A DNA stretch of 64,000 nucleotides from Candidatus Latescibacterota bacterium (GTDB taxonomy: Bacteria > Latescibacterota > UBA2968), in NCBI GenBank assembly GCA_965222605.1, contig OZ244960.1, forward strand, positions 2,112,001 to 2,176,000, written 5' to 3'. Below are positions 29,416-39,384 of the stretch, one piece after another (within the stretch, counting starts at the first letter, position 1; each line of letters opens with the position of its first letter). Both the position numbers and the translations under genes were made by a program. The notes beneath the pieces are model-generated. The model had not been told where the DNA came from, did not search any database, and worked only from the letters and a program-made list of their open reading frames with translations.

Positions 29416-32400
29416 CGATCTGCAACTCCTTCTGGATGTATTCCCTCAATTGCTGTGAGACAGATTCAATTTTTATTTTAAAAATTGCACCTTGTATTTC
29501 AGAATATTCTTCCATGTAATAATCTTTACCAAGCCTGTGTGGAGCTACTTTTTGTAACAGTTCCAAGGCCTCGAAATAACACTTTCGGCTTCTTAACATT
29601 CCAAGTCGATGTTTTACCCATTGGATGTCCTGCTCCAAGAAAATTTCTCGATTCTCAATAGGCCACTCATACTTTCCATTGAAATCAAGAAGTCGGTATT
29701 CTCTGTTTCTTATAGCAAATGCTTTAGCAATCAAGTATGTCTGTCCCTCAAGACTGTGACTATCAATATCAATTCGAAATTCCTTCTGTGATTTCATTTC
29801 GGGCCTACACCGAAATCGCTTGGCTCCAATGCATTTGCCATCAGCAAGAATGACAAACTCTACGAAGTCAGTAAAAGGGCCCGTAACTCTATTATATCCA
29901 ACAACCTGTCCGAGGGTTAGATGCTTGCGGAAACCTAATTCTTGGAACTCTGTATCAAAATTAATCTGGAAGCCATATGTATCCCATCCATCTTTGAGAC
30001 TGGCCTGTATAATTGGTTTGAATTGTTGCTTTGGTGATGAAATGCTGAACGTTCTAACACCAGGAGAAATTTCTTCAAGTTGTTCTATCTTGCCCTCTGA
30101 ATAAGTTATTTGTCCACTATATTTCGGATTGCTGATGGCAAGAAAGCGAACGGCATCCAGTCTTCTTTGATCAATCACTAATAACTCTGAGATTGTTTGA
30201 TTTATCGTATCCCACACTTTAATTTCCCGGACCATTGGGCAAAGCTCAAACAGCAGTTTTTCTTCAAGATATGGCACATCATAGTTTCTAATAAAACAAG
30301 GATGGTCAATCTGAATTTTACCATTATTTAAAAAAACATTCTGCCGGGCACTGCTGCTTTCAGATTCTTCTGTATCATACAAAAAGATCTGTTTCTCCTC
30401 GGAACCTTGTGCCCATTTTAACTGCAACGAAACAGCCTCTCCCTGCGTCAGGTCAGGAATTCTTGTTGATATTCCCGGGAACAGTACCATACGAACACTA
30501 TCAAATTTTTCCGACTCAACCCCCAGTGAAAGAGTAAGAGCAAAAGGAAACCGGGTTGGATACATGTCAAATCCCGCGAGAGATAAGATATGTTCTAACT
30601 CATCTCCTGACAGCACCAAATTACCATCCTCAACTCTGCCTGATGCACACTTCTTAAAGGGGATATGCACAGCATCTTGATCGTCAATTTCGACAGCCCA
30701 TTGAAGATAACTCTTTTCTGCATCCTCAGGGTTTGGAATAACTAATAGCTCAAAGTCTGTAAGCGTCTTGGCCTGATATGGAGCAAGTTTTACTCCTGCT
30801 GGTGCAGTAGTACGCAACCTTCTCAATTCTAATTCAAGGTCTATAAATCCGTCAAATTTCCAGATGTATTTATCTTCTTTAGAAATACATTTGATATGAT
30901 CTGACAGGGATGTTCCCCGATGCTGGAGTGTTAACATTCGATATTGACCATATACTTCCTCTTTCTCGATCTCAAAATTATGCAGTACCGGTTCAACATT
31001 TAAGGTCTTGGATATAAACAATAAAAGTCGGCCCTGACCACTGGCTATCAATGGATGACCCAGATCACCCTCTGGAATAAGTTTGCCGGGTTTCGACGAG
31101 AAAAGCATTATAGGCTTGAGTTCCAAAGTGCCAAGCTGTCGAACTTCCAATTCTGTTTTTGCAGAGAAATTGTACTTTCCCGGACAAGGATTGGCAAAAA
31201 TTAGATCTCTTAAGTTTACTTTACCATTTCCGTATTTATCAAGACGAACTCTACCAATAGAACGTGTTCTAGAATCAACCGCTATTTCTATTTTTTCCTC
31301 GGAAATTTCTGCATTCTTGAAAGCTACTTTTAGATTTGTGGCATAGAGCCTGAATATCTCGCTCCTCCAATTCCACAGACACCTCAAATGAGGAGAAAAG
31401 TTTACTGTATATTCCCCCTCGTATTTCCCAACTTGCTTACTAGAGGTAAATATCTGAATTGTCGAATAACGGTTTCGTCTTACAAAACCTATATTTCCCG
31501 CAAATTCGCTGTTCAGATACAAAGGTTTTACAAGATCTCTGCGAACTATACCATCAATTTCAGGAGTTATCTCATCTTTCGATTTTAAGAGTAAATAACC
31601 ACCGACACGAATAATTTTGTCGAAAGGCAAGTTTCTAAGCCGTTCCAATCCAAGGGAAAGATCAGGGACACACGTTAAGGTTCCACTTGAATACTTATAA
31701 GAACCATAATAAAACGGATGGCAAGCTTCGCGGGTTCTGCTTGTTCCATCTGGAAGGATTATCTTTTCTTTTTTATCAAGCTCAGCTAACACCGACACGA
31801 AGCGTTTGGGAGTGATAAGAGAAAAAACCTGAATCCATATTTTATGTAGGCGACTTTCATTTCGAATAATTTCTCTCGGATCAATTCCACATTCCTCCTG
31901 GATCAATCGATAATTAGCCTCCACATCGCCTATTTTGAGATCAGGGCTTTTCTCAATAAATGAGACGATACGAACCAGACGTACAATTCTCCTTGAAAAT
32001 GCGGATTTGAATTCTCGGACACGCGGCACTATTGTTCTAAGCTTTGCCAAGTCAGAATCAGGAACATCTCCATCGAATATCTCCCCTTCGCCCACCAGGT
32101 CAATCAACTTCTCCACATCCTCATTTCGGAAATGGCGCCAGTATATAAGAAAAAAATCAATCAGGAACCCTTGGAGTCCACGAGGTATACCAGCTTCGTG
32201 AATAAACGAATCGACAAATTCTCGTCGATTGGTGCGGTTCAGTTTAATCCCTTCATTTTTGAATCCTTCTTCCCAGAGATCATATGTATAATTGTCCTGC
32301 CGCCATCCTATTCTATTTCCATATATATCCCAGAAAGTTTGCACATAATGATCTTTGATAAGCTGACACACACCGGACAATGCAACTGTGAGAGCTTTTC

Positions 32401-32650
32401 GTTTGACAAAAGATGTAAAAATTAGCCGTCGGCGATAGACTCGGGATTGGAGAGTTTTTTGGATAGACATCAAGTCATCAAGGTGGGCAGACATATCTAT
32501 TTCTTCGAATGTAATCCTTTCGGGCATTTTTCGACCAGTTGCGTGAATTTCTTTTTTTACTATCTCCCGTTTCTTCTCAATTATCGCATGCAGTTCATTT
32601 ACCTTATTCAAAAAGGTGTCAAAATTATTGATTATATTGATATTAGACAT
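29408..32650 (-). CDS. Large (~1080 aa) hypothetical protein; N-terminus reminiscent of Druantia DruH/STY4851-like proteins
   Basis: Helical N-domain with FW...W..GF...EFV..FIHEAGIP, followed by a beta-rich remainder. Start MSNINI at 32650. Family link is tentative. Confidence 0.7.
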   Translation of the reverse strand: MSNINIINNFDTFLNKVNELHAIIEKKREIVKKEIHATGRKMPERITFEEIDMSAHLDDLMSIQKTLQSRVYRRRLIFTSFVKRKALTVALSGVCQLIKDHYVQTFWDIYGNRIGWRQDNYTYDLWEEGFKNEGIKLNRTNRREFVDSFIHEAGIPRGLQGFLIDFFLIYWRHFRNEDVEKLIDLVGEGEIFDGDVPDSDLAKLRTIVPRVREFKSAFSRRIVRLVRIVSFIEKSPDLKIGDVEANYRLIQEECGIDPREIIRNESRLHKIWIQVFSLITPKRFVSVLAELDKKEKIILPDGTSRTREACHPFYYGSYKYSSGTLTCVPDLSLGLERLRNLPFDKIIRVGGYLLLKSKDEITPEIDGIVRRDLVKPLYLNSEFAGNIGFVRRNRYSTIQIFTSSKQVGKYEGEYTVNFSPHLRCLWNWRSEIFRLYATNLKVAFKNAEISEEKIEIAVDSRTRSIGRVRLDKYGNGKVNLRDLIFANPCPGKYNFSAKTELEVRQLGTLELKPIMLFSSKPGKLIPEGDLGHPLIASGQGRLLLFISKTLNVEPVLHNFEIEKEEVYGQYRMLTLQHRGTSLSDHIKCISKEDKYIWKFDGFIDLELELRRLRTTAPAGVKLAPYQAKTLTDFELLVIPNPEDAEKSYLQWAVEIDDQDAVHIPFKKCASGRVEDGNLVLSGDELEHILSLAGFDMYPTRFPFALTLSLGVESEKFDSVRMVLFPGISTRIPDLTQGEAVSLQLKWAQGSEEKQIFLYDTEESESSSARQNVFLNNGKIQIDHPCFIRNYDVPYLEEKLLFELCPMVREIKVWDTINQTISELLVIDQRRLDAVRFLAISNPKYSGQITYSEGKIEQLEEISPGVRTFSISSPKQQFKPIIQASLKDGWDTYGFQINFDTEFQELGFRKHLTLGQVVGYNRVTGPFTDFVEFVILADGKCIGAKRFRCRPEMKSQKEFRIDIDSHSLEGQTYLIAKAFAIRNREYRLLDFNGKYEWPIENREIFLEQDIQWVKHRLGMLRSRKCYFEALELLQKVAPHRLGKDYYMEEYSEIQGAIFKIKIESVSQQLREYIQKELQIDV

Positions 32651-32672
32651 GACGCTGGACCTGTCTCTTAAA

Positions 32673-34430
32673 TCACATTTGACTCTGTAAAACAAAAAGC
32701 ATAGCATATTCTCTTGCTAGCTGATTGAACTCCTCTTTACAAGCTTTGTGAATGCATACTCCAAGATAGGCATTGGCCCTGGAAAAACTCACGTAGTTGA
32801 GCTTCCTGGCTTCAATGGAAACCAGCTCTTCAATATCTGTCACAATTATTACTTTGCTTTCCAGACCCTTAAACTTCCACACCGAAGTATAACGAATGGA
32901 ATGAGATGGGTTAAGCCATTCCCGATCAACTTGAATAAGCCTATTGCCAGCAATGCGATCATGATCTGCCAGCACAGATTTCTCTGTATTTTTTGCAGTA
33001 AGAAGGATAATTTCATCAGGTTGGATACCATCCGAAAGAAGACGAGAGACCATATTCTCAACTTTCTTGAATTGGTGTTTGACGCCTCTGTAGTATATTT
33101 TTTCTACCAAGGGACCACTCGTATTCAGACACTCCTGTGGCTCTGTCCCTGATACAAGATCGGTAAAAGTAGCAATCGGCCTTGTATTTCGACAATTTTC
33201 TCTCAATCTAATGTTGCCAGTGCCATATTGTGTTAGATCAAACACTTCATCACCTGTTTCGACGTTAAAGATCGCCTGCTTATCATCCTCAAACCAGGCC
33301 CATCGTCCATCTTTCAATCCTCCCTGAACAAGCCAATCTACTAACTCCACATAGGGCTTGTAATATTTGAAATCCTGCCCTTCATCAATAATCATAACTT
33401 CAAAGGGAGAGTCATCATATAAATGACAGAACGCTTCGGGAAAATACTCTGGTAGCGTCTTCTGAAAAAAATGATGGGTTCCCAAATCTTCTTCAATATC
33501 AGAAACCAATCCGGCTTTTTTGATTATGTTAAGGCAAAATGCATGAAGAGTAGTAACCAGAATCTGATCCTGTAGATCTTCATCCTGTACACTTTTTTTT
33601 AGAGATGACGCCAGAAGAGCATTGAAACAGATAAAAATTACTCGTTCTCCCTTTCGCGCATGGTTCCGCGCTTTCTGCATTGCAAGGAGTGTTTTTCCTG
33701 TTCCTGCACCACCTCGCACAACCACCCGGTCATTTTCCAACGTATCAAGCACTTTGAACTGCCTATCGGTCAGTTTTATCATATTCTGATAGGATTGATT
33801 TACCTGGGTACTCAGGGTGGGCACCAAGTCAAAATCCCGTCTCAGATGATCGCGTAACTCACGAAGGCGAGTGTTTGAAAGTTTGACGGGAAGATGTCCA
33901 ACAACTCGTTCATGTTCTTTTATTCCATAACTATACATCTCCTCCACCAAGGAACTTATACTGTCTTGAAGACTGGCTCCATCATAGACCTTTTTCAGAT
34001 TCCATTCTGGGGATACCTCTTGAAAAAGAATATCCGTAAATAAGACACAATCGCTGAAAACAGTTCTGCCCTGATCAGAATCTTTGCCGAAGTGATCCCA
34101 TATATTCGCTCGCAAAGCATACATGGCTTCTCTCGCCTGTTGCATGGGAGACCTTCGTCGAGAATCCGTCTCATCATAACGATTGGTGAAATACCACACA
34201 CCCATCTCATGGCGGACCCGACCACCCTTCACTTCTAATACAAGGAGACCCCGTTGGGAAACAATGAGAAAATCAATTTCTGAGCTAAAATTTCTTCCAT
34301 GCTTGGCGAGACCAAGCGAATGCATCACAATATAGTTTCCGTCCAGTTCTTCCTTTAATCTATCAAAGAGATATCTTTCCGCATTACTTTTACAATCAGG
34401 ATGGACAAATTCTGGTATCATTACTGCCAT
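32673..34430 (-). CDS. NERD nuclease + SF1 (UvrD-like) helicase fusion
   Basis: EIDFLIV..GLLVLEVKGG (NERD, PD-(D/E)xK type); GGAGTGKT, IIDEGQD, NCRNT, KFKGLE, YVSFSRA. Confidence 0.88.
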   Translation of the reverse strand: MAVMIPEFVHPDCKSNAERYLFDRLKEELDGNYIVMHSLGLAKHGRNFSSEIDFLIVSQRGLLVLEVKGGRVRHEMGVWYFTNRYDETDSRRRSPMQQAREAMYALRANIWDHFGKDSDQGRTVFSDCVLFTDILFQEVSPEWNLKKVYDGASLQDSISSLVEEMYSYGIKEHERVVGHLPVKLSNTRLRELRDHLRRDFDLVPTLSTQVNQSYQNMIKLTDRQFKVLDTLENDRVVVRGGAGTGKTLLAMQKARNHARKGERVIFICFNALLASSLKKSVQDEDLQDQILVTTLHAFCLNIIKKAGLVSDIEEDLGTHHFFQKTLPEYFPEAFCHLYDDSPFEVMIIDEGQDFKYYKPYVELVDWLVQGGLKDGRWAWFEDDKQAIFNVETGDEVFDLTQYGTGNIRLRENCRNTRPIATFTDLVSGTEPQECLNTSGPLVEKIYYRGVKHQFKKVENMVSRLLSDGIQPDEIILLTAKNTEKSVLADHDRIAGNRLIQVDREWLNPSHSIRYTSVWKFKGLESKVIIVTDIEELVSIEARKLNYVSFSRANAYLGVCIHKACKEEFNQLAREYAMLFVLQSQM

Positions 34431-36166
34431 GATCTATCCTCTGAGAAATATCCCATTTTTGGGTGTTCGGGAGTACCTGTTACGAGCCCCCGATCCAGAA
34501 AACTATTCATGGTCTCACAGGCTGTCTCTGGAAGTAGCGCACAAGAATGACAAGCACCAAGATTAAGAGAGTCCATTCCCTGGCCCGTCGATTCAATACA
34601 AAGAGGATCGCTAGAACACCATCTGCCCTGTTCGAGTGCTTCCATCAATGTAGATTCAAATCGAGTTTGTTTACCCTGCTGTACCAATCCTCCTAAGCTA
34701 CCTTCAGAATCAGACGCAGCGGTAAAAATTAAGAGCCCCAGCATGGCCTTCTGACCATCATCGGGGTTGGCTGCATAGATACGCTCCTGGAGCGCTGAGG
34801 TGGAATATCCACAGTTAATAGTCAGAGTTCTGATAAGAAGATGAGAAAGACTATGGAGTAGAATAAATTCCGGCGTTACTATCTCATTATGGATCAATCT
34901 GTTTCTTGCAGCAAGTAGCTTTCTTTGGGATTCAATTATCTTTACACGATCCTGTAGCACCACGCTGTTCTGGCGAAACCAATTTTCTACTGCCTCCCGA
35001 CTTAATGCCAAGAAAATTCCTTCACCCAGCACTTCTGTAGCAGGTAGCCAGCCAATTGAGGACTTTTTTATACGTGCAGATAGTTCTCTATTAGGCTCTA
35101 TCCGATTGAAGCCTGTCAATGCCGTAACTACTCGAAGCTTTTTTACCAGAACGACGGTCTCTATCAGACTGCTGAAGTCAGGTGGCACAGGCTCTGGTTG
35201 TGCAACAAAATGGTCTTCTTCAGCAAAGTCAATCGGATCTTTTAGAACCCTGTATTCTGCTTCTTTGAGATCCACACTGTCTTCCCTCTCTTCCTCTCCT
35301 TTATGGTGAAGATAGGCTTGCCATAGATCATTGGACGAAAGATTTTCCTCTTTTGCAATTTGTTCAAGAAACGGCTTAACAATATCTTCTATTTGGACGC
35401 CAAGGTGGGCTCTTACCCACAACTCCTCGACTCTTCTGTAGGCACTGTTTGAATATGGAGGTATGGAAATGGCAGATACTGTATTGGAAAAATGTACGCT
35501 TGTTGCACTTCTCTGCAATACTACAACCGGTTGGTCACACGGTTGCTCATCTTTAAGCCAGGGGCGGGCACCGGAGCATGTAAATCCTCTAAAAGATTCC
35601 GGATTGAAGACATCTGCCATAGTTTTTTGTGCCTCGCACCGACCACAGGAAATTAGAATACTGGAAAGTGACGTAGACATTCCTTCATTCTTGATACTCA
35701 GTTTAGGTCTTTCACAGGGACAACCAATCCACCATTGCCAGGGAAAATCATCGATATGACCTCTGCGACAACACAGAACAAAACGAGTCGGAACCAACCG
35801 GGCACCATCTGGGTCTTCCTCTCTGCAACGTTCACAATGAGTCCCTTTAATACCTCCACCAAATGTGTCAAATGGAGCAAGACGCCTGCAAATCGGACAG
35901 AATACATATTGAGGAAACCGCACACACGGAATCCCATCATCTTTAGCAATTCTACCAAATACGTTTTCTGAAGGCCGAGGCTGTCTGAAACCGGATACAT
36001 CAAGAAATCGTCGCAGCCGACTCTCCGTAACTTCTTCAAGATTTGAAGGAGGCCAGAAATCAAGACCAGATACCATTACAGAATAATCAGCCAGATCAAC
36101 AATGGCACCAGTACTGAATGTAGTAATAAGCTGACTCCTTCTCAGTTCACCAATAATATCAGGCAT
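34421..36166 (-). CDS. drmB: DrmB-like DUF1998 protein
   Basis: RRSQLITTF, RFP..CPIC, GHIDDFPW, HSLSHLLI, ALQERIY, DSEGSLGGL, CSSDPLC, ACHSC..PETACE..N..LDR. Confidence 0.9.
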   Translation of the reverse strand: MPDIIGELRRSQLITTFSTGAIVDLADYSVMVSGLDFWPPSNLEEVTESRLRRFLDVSGFRQPRPSENVFGRIAKDDGIPCVRFPQYVFCPICRRLAPFDTFGGGIKGTHCERCREEDPDGARLVPTRFVLCCRRGHIDDFPWQWWIGCPCERPKLSIKNEGMSTSLSSILISCGRCEAQKTMADVFNPESFRGFTCSGARPWLKDEQPCDQPVVVLQRSATSVHFSNTVSAISIPPYSNSAYRRVEELWVRAHLGVQIEDIVKPFLEQIAKEENLSSNDLWQAYLHHKGEEEREDSVDLKEAEYRVLKDPIDFAEEDHFVAQPEPVPPDFSSLIETVVLVKKLRVVTALTGFNRIEPNRELSARIKKSSIGWLPATEVLGEGIFLALSREAVENWFRQNSVVLQDRVKIIESQRKLLAARNRLIHNEIVTPEFILLHSLSHLLIRTLTINCGYSTSALQERIYAANPDDGQKAMLGLLIFTAASDSEGSLGGLVQQGKQTRFESTLMEALEQGRWCSSDPLCIESTGQGMDSLNLGACHSCALLPETACETMNSFLDRGLVTGTPEHPKMGYFSEDRSWQ

Positions 36167-36169
36167 ATT

Positions 36170-39100
36170 TCAATCCAGGTAGAGGTTAACTGTGGCATCC
36201 ACATTGCGCAGGTTGTTTAAGGTTCTAAATCCTCTATAATATCCGGTCTCCTCAAATCGGAGCAGTAGGGATTGGTGCTTTTCTTTTTCTAAGTAGTAAT
36301 AAACAGTCCCTTCTCTATTTTTTATTTCTTCCCAAGTATTAACAATGCTATCAAGCATCTGCTCTACAGCATTAACCTCAATATAGTCGATATTGTTAGC
36401 CCTACTAAGAATTTCTTTTTTAATATCGACGACTTTACTACGGTCAAATTTATTTGCATCACTATTTTCTTTCATATTATCCAGAAGGTGCCGTACAAGC
36501 GTTACAAGAATCGCGTGTAGTCCGCGTTTTCTGGCACCAATTGAAAATGGCGTTACGCTGGTTGCTTCGACTTCAGCATAAAGTCTGGAATGATAAAATT
36601 GAAAACGCTCGTAATGGGATCGGTCTCTTGATCTCATATGATTGTATAAGGTGACTACAAGGCCAGGATATTGTCTTCCAACCCGGCTGGTTGCTTGAAT
36701 GTATTCGGCGGTGGTTTTAGGCTGACCGATGACGGACATGAGCCCCAGTCTCGGTACGTCAAGACCAACAGATATCATATTTGTCGCAAGAACTACCTCC
36801 AGAGCATCACAGTCAGGATACTGGTACCAGAGACGTTCCCGAATTTCCTTAAGTTCCTGTTCATTTCGCCGACTGGTTAATTCAAACACTTCCTCGATCT
36901 CCCTCATGCTCTCGTTATCTCTTTCGGCACAAAAACGCAGGTAATCTTTTACGTCATCCATAACCTGGACCCGTGCACTGCCCAGTTCTCGAAGGCTATT
37001 GAAATATCCCATAAATGTCCAGTATGGATCTCTAATTTCATCATTAGCCTTCAGCTTTTTAGCGGAATGAAGCAAGGAAGCAGTAGATCGAATGAAGGTG
37101 GTGGTTCCGGTTTTCCCCGGTGTGAAAATTCCTACATACTTCCTTGCAGGTTTTTCTCGATCTTCACGGGCAAAAAATGAGTCTCTGGCATCAAGAAACG
37201 GAGGAGGAAACTGTGCAAATTGACGGTCAAAAAGGGCCTGTACCTGACTCGCTGCATTTTTTATAGTAGCAGTGGATGCAATAATCTTAGGACGATGAGA
37301 ATTTCTGGTTGATAGCAGATCTACGGCGGTTTCATAAAGACCAGCCAATGTGCCTAAGGGACCAGAAATCAAGTGTAACTCATCCTGGATAATCAGATCG
37401 GGTGGAGGTGTCTCGCCATCTGTTCCAAAAAAGTTACCTGCGTTCTCTACCCAAGGAAGGCGTGCAAACTTATCGATTGTTCCGATAATTAGAGATGGCC
37501 GAACTTCGTAAATATCTTCATCGACAAAATGAACCGGCAATCCGTCGTGAAAGCAGCAGGATTCGTCAGGACATCTTACTTGAGGGAGGTCGTTATCATA
37601 ATCTGCAGCAGAAATCTCTGTGCCACAATAAGGACATTTGGTCAATACCATCGGATTGGGCATTCCGGGTTCAGGTGAACCCTGTTGACACTGACGCATG
37701 AGCTGTCGATATCCCTTCTCGTAGTTATTATTAATGTTGATTTTGTTCGGAGTTCCTCCCCCTCCAACCCACAATCCAATCGATATAGGAGCAGTCTTCT
37801 GAACGTCCAGTTCTTCTCTACGGACTTTTTCACAGGCACAGATCATAGCTGCCGAGCGTTCAAACTGATCCGCTGTCAGCAACCGCAAAGTATATCTGGT
37901 TATCACTGATGTACCGCCGCCATCATGGTGTTTCTCTTTTCCCCTGAGCCGGCGCAAAAAAAGTGCAAAGGCGGTAAGTCCAAGATACGCTTCAGTTTTG
38001 CCGCCTCCGGTAGGAAACCAAAGAAGATCTGCGATCGATCTATCATCCGACGAATTGTTTCCGACCGACTCAAGGCAAAGTAAAATAAAAGCAATCTGGA
38101 AGGGATACCATTCATGGCCTGAGTTATAGTCAGGCTTGCCACTATATTGTCTTTTTTTCCAATCCGACAATGCGAAGACGATCAGCATAGCTTTGTGTGC
38201 AAGCTGAAATGCTCGGAGGATTAGAGGATCACCGAGAACATTAATCCCTTTCTTCATTCTTTGTAGAGCCTGTAAACAGGACTTCTGCTGTTCTTGAGCA
38301 ACGGCGATAAAATCATCGTTTATCTTTTTATTTTTACTGACAGAGATGTTCTCGATTTCTTTTGAATTTTCTTTAATCCAATTCTCATAGATGTTGGTAA
38401 TATTGCCAAAGAGGTCTTTAAGATCATCTGGACTGGCATTGGCAATTTCGCTTAGAAAGAATGGGGGAAGATTTAGATCCTTCGGAGGAGTCAGAGGATA
38501 TATATCATATTCAGGGATAAAGCAGCATTCAATTCGTAAACATCTATTTTTCACTGGATCATCCCATTTTGCTGAACACCCATGTCCGGTTGCAAAATTT
38601 TTCTGGTGGCGATAAAGTAGATAAAAGGCTTTATTTTCGTCTCCTCCTTCTTGGCGTCCATCAAATGGCCTCTCGGTGAATATCCGCTGACCATCTTTCC
38701 CTGAAACTGAGAAATGAACCTGATAGAAACTGTTTTCGGCAATGTCCTTAAAAGGGACGAAACTGCTTCGGGACCGTCGAGAGTTATCATCTTCATCTCT
38801 CAAAGGTTTCACTACATTCCTGTTAATTAAGGATATAGTAATAGAAACCTGGCCTTCCTGTGACGGCTCTCTATATTTTATGTAGGCATCCAAACCGTCA
38901 CATACTTTCACACTCTTTTTAGTATTTTTACGAATAATAGGAAGTTCAAGTTTTGATGCTCCTGTACTTTCCACCCAGTCTGGTGTGATACTTTTTCGTT
39001 TCCACTGTAGATCGACATCCTTATCCTCAGACGGAGTAAGTTCGTAACGTCCTGCATCCACTTCCAGCATGATAGACCTGGTGTCCTCTGAGCAAGTAAA

Positions 39101-39382
39101 GGTGATCCCATAGCAGGATGGTCTGCGGACATTACTCTGAGCAAGTTTTCCTTCACTTTCTCCCGATTCACCGAACTCGTTTTCTATATCCTCGTCATCT
39201 TCTATTGAAGTTAGTACTTCAGGAGGAAAAAGAATCCCTGTAGAGTATCGATGCATGGGTGTGTCATCTTCATCTCTGTAGGCAATAGTCTCGTTCATTC
39301 CATTGTAAGGTCCAAAAAAATCTCTTTTCAGGAGTTCCAGCATGCCCCCCCTAAAATCTTCATGAGTTTTGATATCTTCCAT
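36170..39382 (-). CDS. drmA: DrmA-like SF2 helicase
   Basis: WYPFQIAFIL, LLWFPTGGGKTEAYLG, RYTLRLLT, GTIDKFA, IIQDELHLISGPLGT, YFNSLRELG, ATNMISVGLD, EYIQATSRVGR, RDRSHYE. Confidence 0.92.
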   Translation of the reverse strand: MEDIKTHEDFRGGMLELLKRDFFGPYNGMNETIAYRDEDDTPMHRYSTGILFPPEVLTSIEDDEDIENEFGESGESEGKLAQSNVRRPSCYGITFTCSEDTRSIMLEVDAGRYELTPSEDKDVDLQWKRKSITPDWVESTGASKLELPIIRKNTKKSVKVCDGLDAYIKYREPSQEGQVSITISLINRNVVKPLRDEDDNSRRSRSSFVPFKDIAENSFYQVHFSVSGKDGQRIFTERPFDGRQEGGDENKAFYLLYRHQKNFATGHGCSAKWDDPVKNRCLRIECCFIPEYDIYPLTPPKDLNLPPFFLSEIANASPDDLKDLFGNITNIYENWIKENSKEIENISVSKNKKINDDFIAVAQEQQKSCLQALQRMKKGINVLGDPLILRAFQLAHKAMLIVFALSDWKKRQYSGKPDYNSGHEWYPFQIAFILLCLESVGNNSSDDRSIADLLWFPTGGGKTEAYLGLTAFALFLRRLRGKEKHHDGGGTSVITRYTLRLLTADQFERSAAMICACEKVRREELDVQKTAPISIGLWVGGGGTPNKININNNYEKGYRQLMRQCQQGSPEPGMPNPMVLTKCPYCGTEISAADYDNDLPQVRCPDESCCFHDGLPVHFVDEDIYEVRPSLIIGTIDKFARLPWVENAGNFFGTDGETPPPDLIIQDELHLISGPLGTLAGLYETAVDLLSTRNSHRPKIIASTATIKNAASQVQALFDRQFAQFPPPFLDARDSFFAREDREKPARKYVGIFTPGKTGTTTFIRSTASLLHSAKKLKANDEIRDPYWTFMGYFNSLRELGSARVQVMDDVKDYLRFCAERDNESMREIEEVFELTSRRNEQELKEIRERLWYQYPDCDALEVVLATNMISVGLDVPRLGLMSVIGQPKTTAEYIQATSRVGRQYPGLVVTLYNHMRSRDRSHYERFQFYHSRLYAEVEATSVTPFSIGARKRGLHAILVTLVRHLLDNMKENSDANKFDRSKVVDIKKEILSRANNIDYIEVNAVEQMLDSIVNTWEEIKNREGTVYYYLEKEKHQSLLLRFEETGYYRGFRTLNNLRNVDATVNLYLD

Positions 39383-39384
39383 TG

